This document shows, piece after piece, positions 57,721-64,000 of a stretch of DNA of 64,000 nucleotides (position 1 is its first letter; every line of letters starts with the position of its first letter). This stretch comes from Candidatus Obscuribacteraceae bacterium (GTDB lineage Bacteria > Cyanobacteriota > Vampirovibrionia > Obscuribacterales > Obscuribacteraceae). The DNA lies in NCBI GenBank assembly GCA_044226015.1, contig JBGAHS010000002.1, positions 352,001 to 416,000 of the forward strand, in the 5' to 3' direction. Below the pieces are notes generated by a model. That model was not told the DNA's origin, did not search any database, and saw only the letters and a list, made by a program, of their open reading frames with translations. The translations under genes and the position numbers were made by a program.

Positions 57721-58761
57721 ATGGACGACGGTAAAGGCAACGCAGGCGAAACAGCTCAGGAAGGCGAAAAAAACGGCTCCAGAAATACAGATGATAGCCT
57801 CAAAGGAATCAGCCTGTACGACCGAGTAATGTCAGACAAAACACCTTTCAAACACGATGTCCTAGCCCTCTCACTAGTAAGTGGTTCCACACATGCAGGG
57901 TTAGCGGTGATGGACCTGAAACTAGCGAAACAACTTACTGAGACTACAACCAAGAATGTCCTTAACGCAAAAGTGCCTTTCGGGGGTCACTTAAGCGGAC
58001 AGTATGTTGAGCAAATGGTCAAAACCGATGCTAAAAGCGCGCTGGCGTTGAGCACCTTTGCAGATAGCCAGCGGGCCGCGACTGCCAATACGGCCGCCGT
58101 AAATGAATTTAGAACTGTAGCCAAGGAATACACGACATTCGGACCAGAAGTGCCAGGCGTTCCACGACAGCTACAAATTGATCGCCATCTTTTCTTCAAC
58201 GGTTCTGCAAGTGTGAAATTAGGAAGAGGCACATCTGCAGCCGAATTCATTGGCACCGCTGAAGAAGTCGCCTCATCGCAAAAACTTTTTAGACTCGGCA
58301 CACGCGAAGCCAACGCTATTCAATTGCTGGACTATACCAATCAGCAAACATCACCAAAAGCTGTACTTGCAAGAGAAGCGAGCTTTGCTGCTGAACGCGA
58401 GTTGGGAGCTCTAAAGCAATTACATTCGAAGATTGCAGGATCCAGTTACGCAGAAGTGAGCACACGAGCCTTCGGTAAAGGTTTAATTACAAGCGTAGCC
58501 TCCATGACCGCTGGCTATGCTGTTGACCACATAATCGGAAGCACTCCTACCAACGAGTCGATTCCACGACTATTGATTGATGGTTGCATGGTGCCAGCAG
58601 CACTTGCGGGTGGACGATACAGAGTGGCTGCCGCAGGAGGATTGTTTGCGGCTTCAAGAGCAATTGGCATACTTGAAACAGCGCTAGACCACCCAGCCCT
58701 GGCAAAAGGTAGATATGACGACATAAAACCAAGCGATGCGGTTCTGAAGGCAAAGCTCTGA
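57721..58761 (+). CDS. Hypothetical protein, tandem paralog B
   Basis: 346 aa. Shares N- and C-terminal motifs with the 56555 gene. Confidence 0.8.
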   Translation: MDDGKGNAGETAQEGEKNGSRNTDDSLKGISLYDRVMSDKTPFKHDVLALSLVSGSTHAGLAVMDLKLAKQLTETTTKNVLNAKVPFGGHLSGQYVEQMVKTDAKSALALSTFADSQRAATANTAAVNEFRTVAKEYTTFGPEVPGVPRQLQIDRHLFFNGSASVKLGRGTSAAEFIGTAEEVASSQKLFRLGTREANAIQLLDYTNQQTSPKAVLAREASFAAERELGALKQLHSKIAGSSYAEVSTRAFGKGLITSVASMTAGYAVDHIIGSTPTNESIPRLLIDGCMVPAALAGGRYRVAAAGGLFAASRAIGILETALDHPALAKGRYDDIKPSDAVLKAKL

Positions 58762-58773
58762 CGTTCTGAACGA

Positions 58774-58924
58774 ATCAGACTTAGTTCTAAAAGTATCAGA
58801 CTTAGTTCTAAAAGTATCAGACTTAGTTCTAAAAGTATCAGACTTAGTTCTAAAAGTATCAGACTTAGTTCTAAAAGTATCAGACTTAGTTCTGAATGTA
58901 TCAGATTTAGTTCTGAAGTATCAG
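58774..58924. repeat. About seven tandem 21-bp repeats
   Basis: atcagacttagttctaaaagt x5 perfect plus 2 degenerate copies, starting 12 bp after the stop. Confidence 0.95.
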
Positions 58925-59061
58925 CGTTGGTTTTTAAAACAGCAGCTTGAATTTTAGAACTAAAGCTGAAGTTCTAAGCATAAGCCTAGTTCTAACACTA
59001 TACGCTGTTGCGTTCCAGAGACTTGGGGTGTTTAATTGCGATTTGATTTAAGGGTAATCAA

Positions 59062-59907
59062 TTGAGCAATTCTGTACCAGACGAAAAACTGCTGGCACAA
59101 CTTACAGCAGAATACGATGCGCAAGCTCTAACAGGAATCTTCCTGGCTGGAAGTGGTGCGCGCGGCGAGCTCAGCGAGTTTAGTGACATTGACATTGTTC
59201 TGGTGCACAAGGAGCAAATCCCCGCGGATCTTGCCGATTATAGATTACTTTATCGTGATGACAGGCTCATCAGTATCCATCGGCGACAATTCAAAAGCTT
59301 ACTCGATTCCTTCAATTCGCCCTTGAGCGCGATCAAAGTTGTTCAAGGGCTTCGTGATGCGAAAATTTTGCAGGACCATGACGGACTCTTAGCGAAGTTG
59401 CAAAAACAGGCAATCGAATTCACCTGGAGCGATGAGTTGAAAGGGCAGGCTCTACGGGAAGCCAGTTCAGAGCTTATGGGAAACGTTGAAGAGTTGCACA
59501 AGCTACTCAAAGGTCTGAAAAGTGATGATCCGTACACTCTGTTAAACGGAGTATGGGGAATTGGACTGGCTATGCCGAAAGTGATGGCACTTGTTCATGG
59601 TGTGCTCTCTCGCGGTGACAATGCTTTTTACAAACAAGTGCACGATGCAGTTGGTGCAGATTCAAAATGGACTGAACTCCACAAAATTGTGATTGGAGCT
59701 TCCAAAGACGAAACTGAAGATGCCTCCCCACAGAGAGACCTGGCGGGCGTTAAACCTAAACGAATTCCGCTTATTCACCAGGCAAAAGCAGCGATAAACC
59801 TTTTTGTGGAAACCGCAGCACTCTGTGATGAGCTTTTGTTGCCAGAAGACAAGCTGGTCGTTGACAAGGCACTTTCCATTGCGGAAAACTCGGGACTTAT
59901 GAAGTAG
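59062..59907 (+). CDS. Pol-beta-superfamily nucleotidyltransferase with helical C-terminal domain
   Basis: GSGARGE...SDIDI motif followed by an all-helical C-half. Confidence 0.8.
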   Translation: MSNSVPDEKLLAQLTAEYDAQALTGIFLAGSGARGELSEFSDIDIVLVHKEQIPADLADYRLLYRDDRLISIHRRQFKSLLDSFNSPLSAIKVVQGLRDAKILQDHDGLLAKLQKQAIEFTWSDELKGQALREASSELMGNVEELHKLLKGLKSDDPYTLLNGVWGIGLAMPKVMALVHGVLSRGDNAFYKQVHDAVGADSKWTELHKIVIGASKDETEDASPQRDLAGVKPKRIPLIHQAKAAINLFVETAALCDELLLPEDKLVVDKALSIAENSGLMK

Positions 59908-60030
59908 CAGATAAACAGCGGAACAAATTTTTCTTCGCCGCCAGCCCGCAGATTTTCCTCAGAACTCCACCGGTACCGTTCGAGTTTTCAATTTTTTCTT
60001 CGCCGCCAGCCCGCAGATTTTCTCAGAACA
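59908..60030 (+). repeat. Family A repeat array (~1.7 copies)
   Basis: tcttcgccgccagcccgcagatttt..tcagaactccaccggtaccgttcgagttttc with ~65-bp period, directly after the stop. Confidence 0.8.
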
Positions 60031-60123
60031 CAGTCTTCGGACCCGATTAACATTAAAGGTCAGTTTCATTGAATGAGGCTGAATCTGATCTACAATGCGC
60101 ATGGAAACGGAGAAGGCTAACTA

Positions 60124-60420
60124 ATGCGATTGGACAAGTGGCTTAAACTGTCAAGAGTAATCAAGCGTCGAACAGTAGCGCAGATGGCATGCGAGCAAGG
60201 TCGAGTTTTTGTCAATGACAGAACGGGAAAACCGAGTACAACCCTCAAAGTGGGAGACCGCCTTCACATAGAACTCGGAAACAGAGCCCTCACACTTACA
60301 GTTGCAGAGTTGCCCATTAAGGCACCCGCTGCACAAGAGGCTAGCCGCATCTACAATGTTGTAGAAGAAATACGCCGTCCACGAGAAGACAAAGATTTCC
60401 AAGATAGTGACTGGGAGTAA
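60124..60420 (+). CDS. S4-domain RNA-binding protein (YabO/RqcP/Hsp15 family)
   Basis: MRLDKWLKLSRVIKRRTVAQMACEQGRVFVN and KVGD. Confidence 0.9.
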   Translation: MRLDKWLKLSRVIKRRTVAQMACEQGRVFVNDRTGKPSTTLKVGDRLHIELGNRALTLTVAELPIKAPAAQEASRIYNVVEEIRRPREDKDFQDSDWE

Positions 60421-60425
60421 CTCCT

Positions 60426-61370
60426 ATGAAGAAGTTTTCTGGATTCGATTTTTGCATGATTGCTCTTGTGCTTGCGGCCGCCAACACAGTTCTGTGTGAA
60501 GAGGAAACAATTGCTGCAAAACCCGCGGCAAAATCTGCTGGTCCAAAACAGTACATCTACAGCCGTTCTAACCGGCCTACTAGCTCAAGTGCTCTGGGAA
60601 TCACCGGCGTTCCGGCCTACGTGAATTTTCCAAATGGTTCTCAACAGTGCGGCGTCTACATCATGCAATGTTCGCCTGGTGGTGCATGGTCAAACATGGG
60701 ATTACGACCAGGACGCGTTTTGCTAACAATCGACGGGCGTACAGCGCAAAGCCCAGGTTCAGTAGACAGCGCTTTGGCAGGAAAATCAGGCAGCATAGAC
60801 TACACCTATGCACGAATTTCTGATGGTGTTCCTGAACTTATTAAAAGCAGAGTGAACTATGGAGGCGCCAGTAGCGTCGGATTGGGAATGGCATTGCCAC
60901 CACCCGGAAAGGCACCCACAAAATACGGAAATGAACTGGTGGAAGACAACACACCAATAGGTCAACTGGAAAGCCAAATGGTAGGACTGATCAATAAAGA
61001 TCGGGGATCCAACGGACTGCCAAGCATATCCGATAACAGCAGACTGTCCGATCTTGCGCGAAATTACGCACAATATCTGATTACCCATGGTGGATTCAGC
61101 CACGAGGCCGATGGACGAGACCCCCTTCAACGAGCAAAAGCAAGTGGTATCAGCGGCGGTATCGCAGAGAATCTTGCCTTTGAATCACGCATAAAACCAG
61201 ACAAAGATTCAGTGATCGCGGCACAGCGCAAATTTATGAATGAACCTCCAAATCAAAAGAACCACAGAGGAAACATTCTCTGGACTGAGGCAAGATCCGT
61301 TGGAGTAGGAATAGTCCGAAACAAAAGTACTTTGATGATGGTACAAGAATTTTCAGACGGCACACCTTAA
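60426..61370 (+). CDS. Secreted CAP/SCP-domain protein with PDZ-like N-terminal domain
   Basis: Signal peptide. PDZ-like LGI..GVYI..GLRPGRVLLTIDG. CAP motifs INKDR..GL, FSH, AENLA, HRGNIL, VGVG and VQEF. Confidence 0.85.
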   Translation: MKKFSGFDFCMIALVLAAANTVLCEEETIAAKPAAKSAGPKQYIYSRSNRPTSSSALGITGVPAYVNFPNGSQQCGVYIMQCSPGGAWSNMGLRPGRVLLTIDGRTAQSPGSVDSALAGKSGSIDYTYARISDGVPELIKSRVNYGGASSVGLGMALPPPGKAPTKYGNELVEDNTPIGQLESQMVGLINKDRGSNGLPSISDNSRLSDLARNYAQYLITHGGFSHEADGRDPLQRAKASGISGGIAENLAFESRIKPDKDSVIAAQRKFMNEPPNQKNHRGNILWTEARSVGVGIVRNKSTLMMVQEFSDGTP

Positions 61371-61470
61371 GTCACCGTTGCACAGCTTAAGGGAGTTGCA
61401 ACCCATCCTGAGGCACTGCAACGCATCCTAAGTCCCCGCAACGTATCCTGAGCCAGCGCATCTTAAGGCA
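61365..61470. repeat. Degenerate ~20-bp repeats between convergent genes
   Basis: gcaacccatcctgag, gcaacgcatcctaag, gcaacgtatcctgag and gcgcatcttaag. Confidence 0.55.
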
Positions 61471-61560
61471 GAGCTACGCACCTTATTTAGCAGACAATAA
61501 AGCACCGTAACACACACTCTGTTCGCGCATATTTTAACGGCAATCCGCCAGCCGTGTGGA

Positions 61561-62766
61561 CTACTTCAAAGTACCTTGCTGGACTTTCACAGCTGAGTCT
61601 TCATTCTGCAAAGCATGCATAGCTGGTATCACATGAGAGAGAACTTTCTGCCCACCGGTAGGTCCAAGATGTGCAGTATCCCAGAAATCGAAATGATTGA
61701 ACTCAGGACTATCACCTATATCAACGAGTTTTACACCGGGTTGATTAGCGGCGGCAGCTATCTCTTGACGAAAACGAGTATAGAAGCCAGTTGGCAACAA
61801 ATTCCGATTTGTGTCTGACAATGGCATGTTAATCAGAATGACTTTGATTCCACGCTCTCTTGAAACCTGCAAAAGTCGTTTCAGAAAGCCCATTTGCATT
61901 CCCAAATCTCGATCAGCAATATCTTTGTATCGGCGAGTATATTCCTTCTCGCTGCTATCCCAACGATCCTTCATACCACCAAACATCATGAAGCCGGCAT
62001 TATTGAAATCGACTTTCTTTTCCTTCTCGTGAATGCCAGTGGCAATATAAGCCATCTCAACACCCTTTCCAAATTCTTGCTGGATGCGAGATCTGTTCTT
62101 GTAAAAATAGCAAAGTCGTGACATCAAGAATTCAATCTTGTCCTGAAAGCCCGGCAAGTAAAGGCTTGCATAGGGTGCCAGATTCTCCAAATTGACCAAT
62201 CTCTTGAAAGTGTTAGTCGCCATGGGCGAAGAAAGATCGTGATCGCTGAAGTCGCGGGGGGCGATTCCGTACACTAAAAACTCGGGTGCACGTTCTTTCG
62301 TCAGGAACTCATTTACGTATATGAAAGCGTCCGAAACCATCTGACCAAAGATCGCAAAACTGAATATGTGCGGATCGTTAAACCCACCGACTTCTTTGAT
62401 TTTGTTCTCAAAAACACGCGCACCATGATGATGGAATATGTCCGAAGTCGTAATCGGATCATAGGCTTTATCCATTGACCAGAATGGAAACATCATCAAG
62501 GACGAGCCGAGCAAAACTATGTTCGGCTTCTGCTTCATTTTATAGAAGTCGTTTACCGTCAGATCAATGGACCCAGAGCCATGCCACAAGTCTGCTGAGC
62601 GCTTATTACTCTCAAGGCGCCAGAGCCCAGCATTGATCAGAGAAAAGATAATCAGTGCCCAGACCGCAGCCCGCTTCCATGATAAACTCCAGAAACCGCC
62701 TTGTGGCTGTTCCAGTTCATCAGCACTTTGCACACTCTTATCTCGTTTTTCGAGGGTTGAAGGCAC
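61561..62766 (-). CDS. Membrane-anchored SGNH-like protein (DUF1574/DltD-like)
   Basis: N-terminal TM, LLGSS block I, LINMP and FWDTAHL (DxxH). Confidence 0.7.
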   Translation of the reverse strand: MPSTLEKRDKSVQSADELEQPQGGFWSLSWKRAAVWALIIFSLINAGLWRLESNKRSADLWHGSGSIDLTVNDFYKMKQKPNIVLLGSSLMMFPFWSMDKAYDPITTSDIFHHHGARVFENKIKEVGGFNDPHIFSFAIFGQMVSDAFIYVNEFLTKERAPEFLVYGIAPRDFSDHDLSSPMATNTFKRLVNLENLAPYASLYLPGFQDKIEFLMSRLCYFYKNRSRIQQEFGKGVEMAYIATGIHEKEKKVDFNNAGFMMFGGMKDRWDSSEKEYTRRYKDIADRDLGMQMGFLKRLLQVSRERGIKVILINMPLSDTNRNLLPTGFYTRFRQEIAAAANQPGVKLVDIGDSPEFNHFDFWDTAHLGPTGGQKVLSHVIPAMHALQNEDSAVKVQQGTLK

Positions 62767-63054
62767 CGCCTCAGGACTCCGCTTGACAATAACACCAGAT
62801 TTAGCTCTTGTATTCTAGCGCTTTCAATTCTATGAGGCAGGTAAAGGGGTTAATCTTAAACGCAGCTAATAACAAAAAAAAATCGACAGCAAAGCAGTCT
62901 AAATTGACCAGGAGTCGGACTCTTTAGCCGTCCTAAAAGTTACTCAGTATGAATTGATCTGCTCGAACATCCTTGAGATTCAAGTGCCGAGCAAATAACA
63001 AATCCATATTGCTGAAAGGCAATTCATATTCGGCTAGCGGACCTTAGCCCGGAC

Positions 63055-63537
63055 TCAAATCGCGGATTTTTTCCTGGCAGCAAGCTCTTTGACCGGGTCA
63101 AAAGGAGCCACAGACTTAAAGGAGTTATAGAAACTAGTGATCTTTCCATACTGAATTTGCTGAGCAGCAAAAATAGCATTCTCAATTGAACTGACTTTAT
63201 TAGTAGTGACAACGGTGAATTCTGGTTCCAGAGGTGGCTTCATGGTTCCAAAACGTGTCTTTATTTCTGCAAGCGTTTTCGCAAAAACTACTTCTACACT
63301 ATTCTTCGAGGGATCAAGCAAAATCAATCCAGAGAAAGTCTTCTCATTTGACGGAATAAAAGCAAAAGCAACCCCGTCTACTGCGCTCATAAGATCAAGC
63401 ACTCTAGGAACGTGGCAGCCGCAGTTCAAATTATTGACCTTGAAATCAACTTTTAGCAAATCACATCTCGGCTCACTGGACAGCTCCGCACTCGATGACT
63501 CTTCTATTTTCAAAAAAGCAATCATGGTGCTTGTCAA
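63055..63537 (-). CDS. Hypothetical protein with HMA-like fold
   Basis: FKVNNLNCGCHVPRVLDLMSAVDGV resembles the HMA beta-alpha start, but with CxC rather than CxxC. Confidence 0.45.
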   Translation of the reverse strand: MTSTMIAFLKIEESSSAELSSEPRCDLLKVDFKVNNLNCGCHVPRVLDLMSAVDGVAFAFIPSNEKTFSGLILLDPSKNSVEVVFAKTLAEIKTRFGTMKPPLEPEFTVVTTNKVSSIENAIFAAQQIQYGKITSFYNSFKSVAPFDPVKELAARKKSAI

Positions 63538-63627
63538 GCTAAAGCAAGAAAGCCAGGTGCTTCGCAGTCAGAAACTTTCCTTCCCGTCAACTTTAGTTCA
63601 AACAGCAGAACCAAGTTGCGAGCTTCG

Positions 63628-63736
63628 GCGGACTAAGCGTACTGCCTAGCCAACTGCTACTTAGCACCAGGTGAAGCGTGCGCGGACTAAGCGTACTGCC
63701 TAGCCAGCTGCGACTTCGCACCAGGTGAAGCGTGCG
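63628..63736. repeat. Two tandem 54-bp repeats
   Basis: gcggactaagcgtactgcctagcca.ctgc.actt.gcaccaggtgaagcgtgc at 63628 and 63682. Confidence 0.9.
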
Positions 63737-64000
63737 AACCAACGCTCATGATAATGTCCACTGACAGAGCGCAAACTGAAGACTTTTGACAATCACCAGC
63801 TGATGAGGTGATGGATGGAGCTACTTCTAAGGTAGTGGATGTCCTCACTTAAAAACGTCCGATTTGCATTTTGCTTCCTTGATTCTTAAAATCCTTTACC
63901 GAGATTGATATCAGATTCCCAAAAGTTCGCAAATTCTCCTTCCAGGGGTTGCGAACTGTAATAGTTCCGCCATCTCGTCCTTTAGGATTGAAGCCGACGA

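Noticed and set aside
58774..58924. 21-bp array as plasmid iterons
   Set aside because: The length fits, but there is no rep gene or DnaA-box cluster, and the context is chromosomal.
63887..64000. Possible 3' end of a minus-strand gene entering from beyond the window
   Set aside because: Two short frames are open and neither can be identified.

Overview
Bacterial chromosomal window of moderate GC content. The gene-family profile (giant Gly-rich secreted protein, MshEN-like repeats, atypical 'WPxPQDY' kinases, many lineage-specific paralogs) suggests Candidatus Melainabacteria/Obscuribacterales; this is an inference and not proven. Contents in order: an APC/KimA-like transporter, a 3072-aa Gly-rich secreted protein, kdpE and a truncated kdpD, an MshEN-HTH protein, a CDF exporter, a HEAT-repeat protein, two atypical kinases, a sigma factor with its partner gene, two cyclophilins, an EF-G paralog, a matrixin protease, glycosyltransferases and an epimerase, an arginine biosynthesis cluster (argJ-argB-tRNA-Arg-argF-argG-argH-orf, with argC divergent), an aldo/keto reductase, two tandem paralogs with duplicated promoters, a nucleotidyltransferase, an S4/RqcP-like protein, a CAP protein and an SGNH-like protein. 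The most striking observation is upstream of argJ. There is an unannotated 24-aa leader peptide with 5 Arg codons in 7 positions (all CGC/CGT), followed by mutually exclusive antiterminator and terminator hairpins. This is the layout of a classical ribosome-dependent transcription attenuator, here for arginine. The same operon carries the tRNA-Arg(ACG) that reads those codons. The window also has a dispersed family of ~66-bp palindromic repeats and many unrelated tandem arrays lying just downstream of stop codons. No cas genes, true CRISPR array, transposase or integrase were found.
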